A stretch of 63,963 nt of DNA, the filler included, from Sluysia triapertura (Eukaryota): assembly GCA_046118255.1 (NCBI GenBank). It is 5 parts of 5 records of this genome, joined end to end, with 100 filler letters (N's around TTAATTAATTAA, not from the genome) between each part and the next. Parts side by side here need not be neighbours in the genome. Positions count along the whole stretch, not along the records: positions 37,024 to 52,849 come from JBJNIA010217474.1; positions 52,950 to 63,963 come from JBJNIA010190152.1; 3 more parts are not named here. One strand, 5' to 3'. This document shows, one piece after another, positions 40,130 to 52,999 of the stretch. The number at the start of each line of letters is the position of its first letter. Within the stretch, counting starts at the first letter, position 1. The notes under the pieces were generated by a model. That model had not been told where the DNA came from, searched no databases, and saw nothing but the letters and a program-made list of their open reading frames with translations. The position numbers and the translations under genes were made by a program.

Positions 40130-42413
40130 TTACCCTGTTTGTCTACTTTTATTTGTTTTTATATTAGAAAAAAAAATTATTTTGTCTTGGCATTTTAGTT
40201 ATAATTTTGCCTTTATGCGAATATGTAGTAGTGAAGTTTTTTTTACTTTTTTTTAATTTTTATTATTATTCCATCATTATAGTGAATTCTTTGACTTTTT
40301 TTGATTTTTTATTATTGTTTCATTATTATCCAAGGTAATTTCTTTCCTTTTTTACTGAATCTTTTTACTAAAAAATTCTAATTTTCTGTTAGGATACTTT
40401 GAAAATGAGTAGCGACGATGAATCGGATGTGGAATATGAAAATATATTTTGTATAACTGAAAATGGATCTGATGAAAGCGGAAATTCTTGTAATGAAGAA
40501 AGTGACAGTGATGATGAAAATTGGCAATTACTTAGTAATGAAGTATTTGCTGAGGCTCCCGACAGGTTTCCGTTTACTGCCAATCCAGGGTCAACTGTTT
40601 TGAAGGAAGAATTAGATAGTTTTGAATATTTTAAATTATTTTTTGACGATTTTATTTGCAACCTGCTAATTGTTGAAACCAATAGGTATGCTCAACAACA
40701 GCCAACAACTTCTGAACGCTCCGATTGGCAACCAATTACAAAAGAAGAAATGTATATTTATTTGGCAATCATAATTTTACAAGGTATAATCAAAAAACCT
40801 GTAGAAGAAATGTACTGGTCGAAGAGGGAAATTATAAATACTCCATTTTTTTACAAAAATTATGTCGTATAAACGATATAAGGACATAAAAAAACATTTT
40901 CATATTGTCGATAATGAATCATTTGATCCAGAAAATCATCCATGTCCAAAATTATATAAAATATGGACATTTTTTGAAAACATCAATAAAAAGTTTTCTA
41001 AATTCTATGTTCCTGATAGAGATGTATCCATCGACGAAAGTCTTATGCTGTACAAAGGCAGACTTTCGTGGAAACAGTACATTCCTACTAAAAGATCAAG
41101 GTTTGGGGTTAAATTTTATAATTTATGTGAATCTAGTTCTGGATATGTATATTCCAGTATCATTTATACAGGCAAGGGTACTTTCCTCAATAGCCAATAC
41201 TCAGATCTGCCTATAACTTCTCAAATAGTTTTAACCCTATTACAACCTCTTCTCAATCAAGGGTATTGTCTAACCACCGATAATTTTTACACGAGTCCTC
41301 AGTTAGCAGATATTTTAATAAAACAAAAAACAGACACGTATGGCACCCTAAAACAAAATAGAAAAGGCTTACCAGATCAACTAAAAAGTAAAAAATTGAA
41401 AAAAGGTGAAACCGTAAGTGTTAGACAAGGAAAAGTGATGGTGCTCAAGTGGAAAGATAAAAAAGACATAACATTATTATCTACAATACATAATAATGAA
41501 TTAAAAAATACAAATAAAGTAGACAAAGAAGGAAACCCGGTAAAAAAACCTATCCTTGTGATGGATTATAACAATACAATGGGAGGAGTAGATCTAATGG
41601 ATCAGCGAATACATGATTATGCTATAGCTAGAAGTAGAGGCAAGAAGTACTACAGAAAAATTTTTCTCAATTGCTGGATACTTGCATTTTAAATTCTTTT
41701 ATATTGTATAAAAAAACGGTGGAGAAAGAGAAAATTTCGAATTTCGAATGTGTCTTGTAGAACGGTTAGTAGAAAATTTTCATACAAGTGAACCTTCAAA
41801 AAAAGGGGAAGACCTAGTGCAACTCCAAGTCCTCTAAGATTAACAGAAAGACATTTTCCAAGTATTGTTTCACCAGCCGAAAAAAAGACAAATGTTTCTC
41901 GTAGGTGTGTAGTGTGCAGTAAAAATAAAAAAAGGAAAGAATCTCGTTATGAGTGTAAAAACTGTAATGTCGGATTATGTATTGTCCCGTGCTTCGAAAT
42001 TTTTCACACAAAACTGAATTTTTAGTTTCAATTATTGAACAAATAAAAATTAATTATATTTATTTATTTTATTACTTATCATCCCACCTTAAATTTCTCG
42101 TTTTTGTATTTTTTTAGTTTTGGTCACCATTTTGACATAAATATAATCGAAAATGAAGCAAAAATTTAAAATTTCTGGCCAAAATATAAAAAGTTTCAAA
42201 ACTGATAAATATTTATAATGTACTCTTTTAATTTGATACCCAACACAAAATTTAAAAAAATACTTTTTTAGTCAAAATTGACCCTAATTTAAAAATTTTT
42301 AAGAAAAAATATTTTTTTATAATTTAAACTAAAACAAACCATTTTCACTAATAAAAAAAATAGCCAGTTTTCGACCATACACTTGAAAAATAAATAAACA
42401 GGTAAGGGGTTAA
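40130..42413 (+). mobile_element. piggyBac (PGBD4-like) transposon; transposase 40405-42025 split by frameshifts
   Basis: Acidic N-terminus, SIDESL, KQYIPTKRSRFGVK, TTDNFY, YNNTMGGVDLMDQ, and a C-terminal RCVVC...YECKNCNVGLC..PCF..FH. The right end is AAACAGGTAAGGGG-TTAA; the left end is only partly recognisable (TTACCCTGTTT). Confidence 0.92.
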
Positions 42414-43149
42414 GCCTGTAATTTACATTCCATAAAATTTTAATAGATTATTGTATAATTAACTTTTATTTGTAATCAAATTCATCAAAATATTTAGCAA
42501 ATTATGTGTTAGGGCTTATTTTTTTACAGAATAGACACTGGCGTTTCAATTAGTTAATCAGTGAGTAATCCCACTTTTATTTCCTTTACTAGAGACAAGT
42601 AGAACTAACATCAATTTTAAAGTCTATTATAAGTTGAAGCAACCTAATAAATACAACAAAATGACGCACGTACTGAAAATTAAAGTTTAAATTTACATAT
42701 CTGTAACAAAAAGTGAATAACACTTATAACACGATAAATAATTTTCATTAAAGTAATTTATATTTAAGTAATAAATTTGCTATTACATTATATTTTATTA
42801 TTAATTATTCTCATTTATTATTACTGTGCTATATAATTACTATTCATTTATTAAATTTTTTGGGCACAGATATTACCAAATGCTTTAGTAATGTTACTGT
42901 TCTATTATTTTTTATCAGTATTAATACAATAAAAATAATAAAATTATTATAAAAATAGAAGAGTATTATTAAATTATACAAAATTTAATGTAAACCAATA
43001 TTTAATTTTACACGTTTTTATACTTACTTATATTAATAAGTAATTTAGTACGTTTTTTAATATAAAAATGAAATAAATAAAAATCTGAATATCCTGTTTA
43101 TATTTATGTAATATATAAATTGTCATATAATACGGTAAGTTTATTTAGA

Positions 43150-44117
43150 ATGCATAAACTTCTATGTGCTTTAACAATAGTTACTGTCTTTGCAGATATT
43201 ATTGCAATTCAGTTCGAGAAATGCTTGAAAGATCATGAAAATTCTTATAACAATATAATGCCCGGAGATGGTGGATTTCTAATTTTATTACGGGATTTAA
43301 CTGGTAAAATGGTTGATAGGTTTGTACCTGGTGAAAAGTATAGGCTGATTATAAAGAATCAAAAATATGGAGTAGGGTTTCATGATTATTCATTGTATTC
43401 AACTTTGCCTGTGACAGATTTTAAGAAAAAAGGTTTGGGTCACGAAAATGTTGGTATGTTTATGATCACAGAAAAATATGGCCATCTAAATAAAAAGTGT
43501 CCTAATAAAATATTTAGTACTGGATTAAATTTGAGGCGAATTGTAAGAGTAATATGGGAAGCTCCTAAATATCCTATTTCATGTATAACATTTTATGGTC
43601 AAATTATTATGAATAGAAAAATGATTTTTGAAAATGAAGGAATGCTTATGAAAAAGTTGTGCCCGACAAAAGTATTAGATTTAAAAATATTAATGCAAAT
43701 GAAATTGAAAGATGAAAATATGACTATGACTAAACCAAAACCATTACCACCTATGATTAAAGAGTGTTGTGCATGCGGAGAAGCTAGTTATCGAGTTACA
43801 TTTCAAGGATTATGGTCAAAATCAACCCATCCTAAAGATTGGCCCAAGTACAAAAGTATGTTACATTGGACAAATCTTATTGGAGCTACCCATGATGGCG
43901 AATATTTTATTTATTACAATGGAGGATATGCAAGTACTGGAGTTAGAAGTATTTGTTCATATGGTGACAATACAATGTTGAAGAAGACTTTCGCAACTAT
44001 AAAAGTAAAAAAACATCTGAAAAGTTTTTTCTCTTCTCGTGGAATTTGGAATGAAGATGAATTGTTGGATAACAGAACAGGCTATATAGCAGTTAACAGA
44101 ACTTATCCGTTGTTTAG
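43150..44117 (+). CDS. SPON1: F-spondin (spondin-1)-like, first coding exon: signal peptide, Reeler domain and start of Spondin_N
   Basis: MHKLLCALTIVTVFA signal, GDGGF...FVPGEKY...WEAP...CITF (Reeler), and CCACGEASYRVTFQGLWSKSTHPKDWP...HWTNLIGATH (Spondin_N). Donor AG|GTTAGT at 44118. Downstream exons were not identified. Confidence 0.9.
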
Positions 44118-44355
44118 GTTAGTTGAAATTTCTTACTCCAATGTTAAACATAAATAGCAAAACTCTATTTGAAAGAAAAGGTTTGATTTTCTTTAATTAT
44201 TTATAATTTTCATTACATTACAAGGATTTAATAATTTATTTTTTAATAATGAATCAATGTTTCTTCTTTATCGTGAATCCGTGAAACTAGATTATAAATG
44301 AAAAAATTTATAAAATAAAATAAATTTGTAATATTATAAAATATATCAAAATATA

Positions 44356-44477
44356 TTAACTCATAACTGGCCGCTAAAAATTCTTAATCGACTGTTTGAT
44401 GGCAACACAAACAAAGTTATTCTGGATTTCGGACAAAAAATGACGTATTACTAAGTCAGCAGCCAGTAATGAGTTAA
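44356..44477 (+). mobile_element. TTAA-flanked MITE, copy A
   Basis: TTAA-CTCATAACTGGC...GCCAGTAATGAG-TTAA, with an inverted related copy at 49554-49648. Confidence 0.75.
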
Positions 44478-44641
44478 ATCAAAACATAATTTTAAATATT
44501 TTGAAATTAAAATAATTTTGATGAAAATGAAAATTAAGTTTTAAATATTTTTTACAGTTACATGCAAATTCAATAATGCTTTCTTTAAAAAATTATAATT
44601 ATTAAATTGTTACATCTTTTGTTACATTTAATAAAACAGCA

Positions 44642-45952
44642 TGTGATGAAAAACCCGTAACTTAAAATTTTATTAGTTTTATGAGTAGTGTTTTTATAAA
44701 TGGAAGGTATAATGTTTGGTTGCTTAAAAAATTTTTGAATTTTGTAATCATGAGAAAGTTTTTATTTGTTTTGGAAGATGAAACTAATGTTATATGGTTT
44801 GTTGATTGTTTGATGACGTTATTCTGTGTGTGAATAATTGTCGTTTTGTTGAGTTTTGTAGCAAATTATCATTAAAGGATGAGTTGGTGAGGTGATTTTG
44901 AGTTTGGTATTTGTGAGGCGATTTATTATTTGTTTTGGGTGATAAAAATTGTATTGTATTATGTTTTAATTGTTCCGAATTGCTAATGTGTAAGTGTGTG
45001 TGTCATTGTTTTTATTGTTTGGAATATGTTGTGAAGATTTGACATTATTACGTGAATTGGTGGCATGGTTTTGTGTTTTATGAAGTTGCTTATTATTTGT
45101 TTTGAATTGCAGAGATTGTGTTTCATTATCCTTTGATTGTTTAAAATTATTATTATGTGCATTTGTATTGCTGCTCTTGCTCTCTCCAAGATTTAGTGAA
45201 GGTTTGGTATTATTGTATGAAATGTCTTGTACTTGATGTTTGTTATATATTTTGAATGGTAAAGGTTGTAATACTTTATTTGTTGGTTGTATGATAGTTT
45301 TGTTATGTGGACTGATATTGCTATTTTTGTTGATACATGCATTTTGAGACGGTTTGATGGTGTTAGCTAAGTTTGTAATGTTTTTCTGTGTTTTACTTAG
45401 CTTTGTTTTATTCGATTTATGTTTGATGTATGTTGAATTACATGGAGATATACTGTGGAGTACATTCTTCTGTAGATGGAAGGTGACATGTTTTTTGCTT
45501 AGATTTTTGTTCTGATCTATGTTTATATTCAGAGGTGTATGGTTATTTTGAGGTTTTGTGAATGTATTAATTATGATTTGTTGAAGTTTGTTTTATCAGT
45601 GAAATTATTAGATGAAAGTGTTGGTTGATGTTGTGGTATTGTTGTATTTGAGAAGTCTCTTATGTAGGAAATACTTTTTGAGTATAGTTTTGATGTCACT
45701 TTTAAACATATTTATATTGTCGTATATGATTTTATTTATATTGACGTACTTGTTCAAAGAAATATACATATTATATACAGATTTATTATTATTATAATTA
45801 ATATTATAATTATTTGTATATTTTTTTACAATGTTATATTGAAAAAGATTTATGTTTTTACATTTTAAGATAAAATCACGAATAAAAATTATAAAACGTG
45901 GTTTGGTGGCATATTCGAAAAATAACAGGATTTGTTTGAACTCCTGAGACCA
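44642..45952 (-). mobile_element. Internal region of an LTR retrotransposon: PBS plus decayed N/K/T/Q-rich gag-like sequence
   Basis: PBS TGGTCTCAGGAGT (45952-45940, tRNA-Leu-like TGGTGTCAGGAGT). The C/A-skewed low-complexity sequence resembles 53000-53650 and ends ...TTCATCACA. Confidence 0.6.
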
Positions 45953-45956
45953 TTTT

Positions 45957-48371
45957 TGTATTGGTTTAATTGAAATATTTTTATTATGAAAGATAAAATA
46001 TGTTACATAAAAGTCATTTATCGAAAGGGATGTATTTGTTATTTCAAAACTCTTTGTTAATATATAGAATTTAATGAAAATTTTAACTAATTTTAATTCT
46101 TTACACAAAATTGAAATCAAAAAGACATGGAAAAAACTAAGTGTATTTACTGAAACTAAATTAAAATTTGTTGATGACCAAAATGTTATTTCTCGGATAT
46201 ACCAGATGTTAAGTTCACTAAATAAATAATAAAATATTGTTAAACTCAATTTAGACAAATAGTAATTAAAATTGACTTTTATATGATATGATCGTTCTAA
46301 TTGGTATACGTTAATGTAGTTCACAAACGTGCGACTCGAACTTGCTTGGGCTTGCCTGTAAATGTCTTATAGTCAGAGAGTTTACATAACGACAATGATC
46401 CAGTTCATTTGAAACGATGAGGTCATTGACCAAAATGTTATCTTTAATATTTTGCTGGAATAATCATCAGTAAATATTACTTGTATATGATGAACACCAT
46501 TAGTGAAAACAATGCTTACAGTATTATTTTTGGAATTAACTTTATCTTTAGCATGGTTCGACTTCGCACGACATGACACAGAATATCAAATTCCTTTTCA
46601 ACTTCTTCATAACATGTTGTTAGATGAAGTTGTATTTTTCTGAATATCATTTTTTCTCTCTGCCTTCTTTCACAACTTAATTTCGATGATAAAACACCTA
46701 AAATTCTTTGCGTCTCTTCTTCTAATTCATAATGTATTATTTTATTAATCTTCACAATTATCACTTGTTGTATATGATAAAAAAACTTCTTTAATTTGAA
46801 TCGTATGATAGAGCATCACCAAAATGCGACACGGAGTTGCTGGTATAACGTAAATATCTAAAATACTAATGTTTATATCATTAGCTGCATGCCTTAATCT
46901 CACATTTAATCCTTTGTTCATTCTTATTTACTGACAGTACTTTCGTATTGTTAATTCTAAAGTAGGAATCAAAATCTTTACACATATTGTTGAATGAATG
47001 GGATACCATAAGGAAAAATCTCTTTGTTGTCGTTTTTAGATAAACCAATCTCATGTTTACATTGAAGTAATAGTGGTATAACATGTTGTTGAGCTTGAAC
47101 ATATTTAGAATATTTTAATTTAGATACGTTATCTAGAATTGTAGACAATTTGACTGCCGTTGTTATCATTATAGGACTAAATTGAATTTCACTTTAGAAA
47201 TTGTAAGGTTATAAATTGAAACTGTTCTTTTTATCAATGTTAACTGTTACCTGTTACTATTATTTGTTGATATTCTGATTGTTGTAAACAAAATTATATT
47301 GTATTAAAATCCAATAATGTTTTTCGAAGTATCAATCTCTTGTAATTCTAATTTTTCACTTTTCTGATTATTTTTAACGTAATGAAATCTTCAATTTTAA
47401 GAACACTTTTATTTATTTTTATATATTCTGATTGAGTTTAATTAATGAATTCAGTTGTGTTTGTTTTTGTTTTCAACTCGTCTACTGTATTTTGCGTTTT
47501 TTACTTGGCTATTATTGTGTGCTTTTTTTGTTACTCTATTAAGTGTGTAATCAACTATTGGACATCCAATCAGGAGGATAATAATATTTAGGTATGGAGA
47601 AGTGATTGGATATCCAATTGCAGTGAGCTCGAAATGTTTTGATTAATAACTATCAGTAATGACAGATGGTATGAAGAAATTAGAACTGATAGTGGTGGAT
47701 ACAAAAATGAATTTGAACAATGATAATAATATAAAAAATGCAAAATGTAAAATTGAAATACATAAATCCTTTTCGTAATCATAAAAACACGAATTTTCTA
47801 TTATTTTTTATCCCTTCTTGACATAAATATAATTGAAATCATCTTACGGTTTTTAAAATTTAAACGAAAAATATAATTTTGAAGTTTTGGATGGTATACA
47901 AGCTTGAATGCTGAAAGATTGTAAGATTAAAAAATTTTGGATTGATTTAAGATGTAAATTTGATAGTTTGAGATGTACTTGTGATTTTAATGTCACTAGA
48001 TAATGCGTAAAAATATTATAAATAAACTTTAAATTGTAAATTGATGGTTTTAAATGTAATTGTAATTCTGATATTATGAATAACGGATTGAAATGTTTTA
48101 AGTAAAATTTAATGTGCGTTAATGATCTGAAAGTGAATGAAATTTTAATGTTGTAAAGTATGAAATGGAAATGTTTTGAGAAGTTGTGATAAGGTTTTAT
48201 TGAAAGTAAAGGAGACAAAATATGAAAAGATTTAGATGTAAAAGTATTTAAAATGATACGAAATTTTATACTTGAAATGTTTGATGGTATAAAGTGTTTT
48301 AAAATGTTGTGAAGAATGATTTTGCTGCCTGTTGTGTTACAAAATTTCAAATTGTAGGGTTGGTCACCACA
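45957..48371 (-). mobile_element. Giant 5' LTR, TGTGGTG family, copy 4 (2415 bp) with disrupted unknown cargo (about 46300-47400)
   Basis: TGTGGTGACCAACC...TTTCAATTAAACCAATACA, then AAAA and the PBS. It shares blocks such as ATGTCAAGAAG...AAATTCGTGT...ATTTATGTATTT with copies 2 and 3. Confidence 0.75.
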
Positions 48372-48746
48372 TGAAAAAAGCTGTCTAATGTTTAAGATTA
48401 TGTGGTATAAATTGAGAATTTTAATAATTTTGTTACAAGCTCATTTTGCAATTAAATCAGATGTAATGAGTTGAACCACCACAGTTTGATGTTGCTTTCT
48501 CGTCATAAATCTCAATCGAAATGGATCCATTATAACAATTGCAAACGTTCATTACAGTGATTGGATAAGAATTAATAACCAAAGACATATCCCAATGAGT
48601 AATATTCATCCAAAGAAGCTGATTGTAAGTGTTTTACGATCGTAGCAGAAATAGAGCATTCCCTCTAGTAGCACGAGTTCGTTCTTGTGCTACAAGAAAA
48701 TCGCGTAAACCATCATACAAAACCGCTGCATAGTTTCATTCTAGAA

Positions 48747-49405
48747 CAGGGATGGCGAACCTTTTTTGATGTTCGTGCCACAAAGTCAAAAAAATTCTTT
48801 TTTAAATAGGTAACGTGCCACAATAAAATTTCATTCGAAATGTTAGTGTGGTGAAACTAAACGTAAGTATAATTAAATAAACAAATAAAAGCAATTCTTC
48901 TTTAAACAATTATTTATTAATCAATGTTTTACAAAAGACAAAATGCTAGAAACACAATTCACGTTAAAAATAATTGTTTTAATGTGATTTTTGTTGCTGT
49001 ACACAGATGATAAAGATTTAATATCTGGTTCACATTTAGTTAGTTTCAACACTACGCATACACAGCTCGACGGTTTGCTAAAATGACTAATGCAGTCTGT
49101 CGTCTGATTCGAGCTCTGCGACGGCAACATGTAATAACATTAAAAGACAAAACTGGAATCGCAAAAAATTTTATCTAATGCGCATCTTTATATACTTCGA
49201 GAGAATTCATGCGATATTTTAATAATAAAATGTACAGTTTGAAGGATCTAGTTATCATACTAAAATAGGTATTCAGTACTGTAAATTTATATCATAAATT
49301 ATAAATTAAGTGTAGATTAATAATTTCTAATTCATTTCTATCAAAAAAAGATAACTAATAAAAAATAATTTTGTTTTTGTGCGTGCCATTGGTTCGCCAT
49401 CCCTG
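48747..49405 (-). mobile_element. Non-autonomous hAT (Charlie/SPIN-like) element
   Basis: Perfect 15-bp TIR CAGGGATGGCGAACC/GGTTCGCCATCCCTG, 8-bp TSD TTCTAGAA/TTGTAGAA, and transposase tail CVVLKLTKCEPDIKSLS. Confidence 0.9.
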
Positions 49406-49553
49406 TTGTAGAATGTTAATGAATATCGGAAATTCCTCCCGTAACACTTTATAAATGTAGCCATTTTGATAATGATTTTTTACCAAAAAACAACCTTACA
49501 TTTTACATTTTTCTTACTCAAATTCTTTTTTATTGCATGCACACAATTTTCAT

Positions 49554-49648
49554 TTAACTCATTACTGTTTTTGTTTGTGTTGCCATCAAACAGTCGATTC
49601 ATTTTAAGCGGCTCGATTAAGAATTTTTAGCTGCCATTTATGAGTTAA
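49554..49648 (-). mobile_element. TTAA-flanked MITE, copy B
   Basis: Reverse-complement match to 44356-44477 (TTTGTGTTGCCATCAAACAGTCGATT; GATTAAGAATTTTTAGC). Confidence 0.75.
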
Positions 49649-51290
49649 TTAATATTAATAATTACATTTTTTAACAGGTATGAAACCTTTCATTTCTGTT
49701 GGATCAAAAAGATCTATTCGAATAATAAAACCTGATTTGGATTATAAAAATCAACGAAATAATACAACAATTTCAAGTACCTATATAAATGCTGATTAAT
49801 GAAATTAATTACAGACTTAAAATTGATTTATAATTTTTATTCTACTGACACTATAAAGTAGATTAAAATTGGATTTTTTAATTTTTTGAAATAAAATTAA
49901 TACTTTTTGTTTTATTTTTAATATTAACGGTAGCAAATATTTAAATTATGTAAGCGTTTTATAAAATGGGTGTGCTTTTGAGAATGGGTTTTATGAAATT
50001 TTATTTTATACTTTCATAAGGAGTCTAATATTTTTGTTACATAAGAAGTAATTGATAATGTATTTCATTCTCATAGATATACTCACGAAAAGGTTCTTTC
50101 GTTGAAACGTAAGTGTAAATCCCAAAAGGATCATTTGAATCTAATTTAAATTTTGTATCTTAGAAAATCTAACCTTAAACCTCATTATATAATTTATTGT
50201 TTAGTAATTTAATTATTTTGAATTTCTTTAAAGTTTCGATTAAGATTTATTTCAATCTGAAAGCCAACTAGTGTCATTTGGAAGAGTTTATTTCGATTTT
50301 CATCCCAGACTTAAATTGGATCGAACGTAAGATCATTCGTTCATTAAATCTTAAAATAAATTTACTTTTTATATCATGTAAACGCATTATGTTCAAAACT
50401 ACCTTTAATTGAATTTAGATCTAACCTAACTGAATAATTAACAACCTTATCACTTTTACAACGTTTTATCTATTAACACAAATGTAGATACAACTTTATT
50501 AGACGAAACTATAACAATAAATGAAACCATCTCGATGTATGATCATTTAGTTCGAGTTAACGATACATCCTCTTTTGATATTAAGCACGAAGACAAGATT
50601 GATTTAATTTGATTAGTATACAAACATGCATCGTCCTTTTATTACTGTTATTTTGATAGCATTATCTTCAAAAATTTTAATTACATAATGACTAAAGACT
50701 CATTTGCTTGGTGTATCAAAATTGTAAATAAAATATTGTTTAATTTATATGAAATTTTCGTTAATAAATGTATAACGGACATCGATGAGAACATTGTAAA
50801 TTTGTTACATGTGTTCATAATGATTGCAGCAATCTATCTATATGGGAATTCATTAATGTATTTATAGATAAAGTTGTATCGAAATGGTATCTCAATGAGT
50901 TTTCACCTTCACTTGTACGACTATTCCATTTAGAATTTACTGCAGCAATCCAGTCATCAATGTGTAATATTTAACCCCTTACGGTCCTATTTTATTTCCA
51001 TTGAATCCTCTAGACATCCTATATAATTGCAGCTGCTGGTGTTTATGTCCTATAATAAACTTAACTGCAAAATAAAGATTAACAGAATCCGCTTGTAATA
51101 TACGACTAGCGATGGCGTATCTACAAGTAACGAAAATAAATATAATTGTTTAATTTACAAAAGGTTAGTTTCGAAACTTCCTGAGAGTCTATAATGCATT
51201 TTACTGTCTAAAAATTTAATCAAGCAATGTATAGATAAACAATACTTTATTAAGTAAACTTATGTTAGGTTCAACGACTATTCCTAATTC

Positions 51291-51294
<4 letters not shown>

Positions 51295-51332
<38 letters not shown>
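51295..51332. repeat. (TA)n microsatellite
   Basis: Perfect TA run. Confidence 0.95.
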
Positions 51333-51335
<3 letters not shown>

Positions 51336-52999
51336 AATAGTTCTTTTGAAACTTAAAAATCTTAATCTTACCTGCAAAATATCTAAGGAGTCTATCCGCC
51401 TAATACATACGATTTATACTACTCTTAGAGACGCATTATTAGGATTTTTATAACTAAACTTAGGAAGTTTTTTGCTTATACCTTATAATCTAACTAACAA
51501 TCAGTTTAATGATTAATCAATTAATTTAATTTCAAATTTTACAAATTTCACAACCCTTTTATTAAGGTGTTGTTGGAAAACAGATATTTTACTTGATAAA
51601 TTTCACAACTCTTTTGCTAAGGTATTGTTTAGAAATCAAACTTAATATTTTATTTGAAGGAAATTAAGTTAATCTTATTCGATATATTAAAATACAGCAA
51701 AAGAATATACAAAGACTAACAAATGTAAAAGGTACCAATATAATAGAGATAATGATTTTGATAACTCAATTATCAAATTGATTATGTTAAGATTTTAGGT
51801 ATAAATTATCTAACCCTCTTTAAGGTGTTTGTACAAAAATATTATAGGATTCTAAGTGTATTTTAATATTCCCAGAAATTATGGTGAATAAATAAAAACT
51901 TAACATGTAAAACATTACGTAATAGACATGGATTTTCTTTCTTGATTTTTGGATTTCGGTTTTCTACTAACTCAGTTTCTCATTTTCTTCTTGTGTGTCA
52001 AACTAAAAAATTTCGATCTATTAATATTAAACTTACGTTAGTCGCCATTTTCTTAAAAATAATTTAATTTATTCTTTATTTAAGCTAAATAATTTCTTTT
52101 TAACCTGCAAATTAATAATTTAAAACAAAAATTTCTACTCAATAAATTTTTAAATATTTTGACATTTAATATTTTTATTTTTAATGTTATTATTTTTTAA
52201 TATTTATATTTTTAATATTTATAATAATAATAATAATTTAAAGTTTATACAAATATTTATACAATACCAACATGTTATACAATAAAACATACATAAAGAT
52301 AATTTCTGACATATATATATAATAATCAAAGAAATGAATAATGAGAATAAAACGATTTAAAATAAGTGAGTTCACCAACGTATTGGACTTACTAACTTAA
52401 TGGCCAACCGTTGGATTTGTAATCAATGGACAAAATTCAATTTAACTTAATTCAATAGATTCAATATTTTATAAGGAGGTTTTTTGAAGATTTTAGGTAA
52501 TTTAAGTAATTTAAAAAAAATAATATAATTCAGTGATTTTAATAAGTTTCGATAAAACGAACCTGCTATAATGATTTTAAAAAGATTCTTAAATAGAACC
52601 TATTTATTGAGATTTGATTTTAATTAGATTCTTTCGTAGAACCTCTATTTAATCTAGATATTTTAGTAAATTCAAAAAACAATTTCGTTACAAATTCTAC
52701 AGATTATTTATTCTAAACTTACAAAAATTTCACAAATATTCGAATAAATGATAATCAATATAATTAATCAATATATAATATTAATAGCCAATTTAATTGG
52801 ATTATTTTATAAATAATCTTATGCAACAGATTTTAGTAATTATTTTAATNNNNNNNNNNNNNNNNNNNNNNNNNNNNNNNNNNNNNNNNNNNNTTAATTA
52901 ATTAANNNNNNNNNNNNNNNNNNNNNNNNNNNNNNNNNNNNNNNNNNNNAAAATATATAGAGATTCAGTTTTGTTTGATTTAAGTTTTTATAAAGAAGG

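Larger units (their letters stand above)
38421..42560 (+). mobile_element. Giant solo LTR, TGTGGTG family, copy 3, with coiled-coil cargo and a nested piggyBac
   Basis: TGTGGTGGCCAACTC...TTTCAATTAGTTAATCA, with TSD GTGAG at 38416-38420 and 42561-42565. The 5' region resembles copies 1, 2 and 4. Confidence 0.75.

Noticed and set aside
45608-46324. 238-aa ORF
   Set aside because: It is I/K/N/F/Y-biased AT-rich sequence that runs across the LTR end and PBS, and has no motifs.
47853-48350. 165-aa ORF, and similar ORFs 26594-26863 and 31342-31581 sharing CGGQ.IT.TNFI
   Set aside because: The shared peptide is simply the conserved LTR start. Frames are not maintained between copies.
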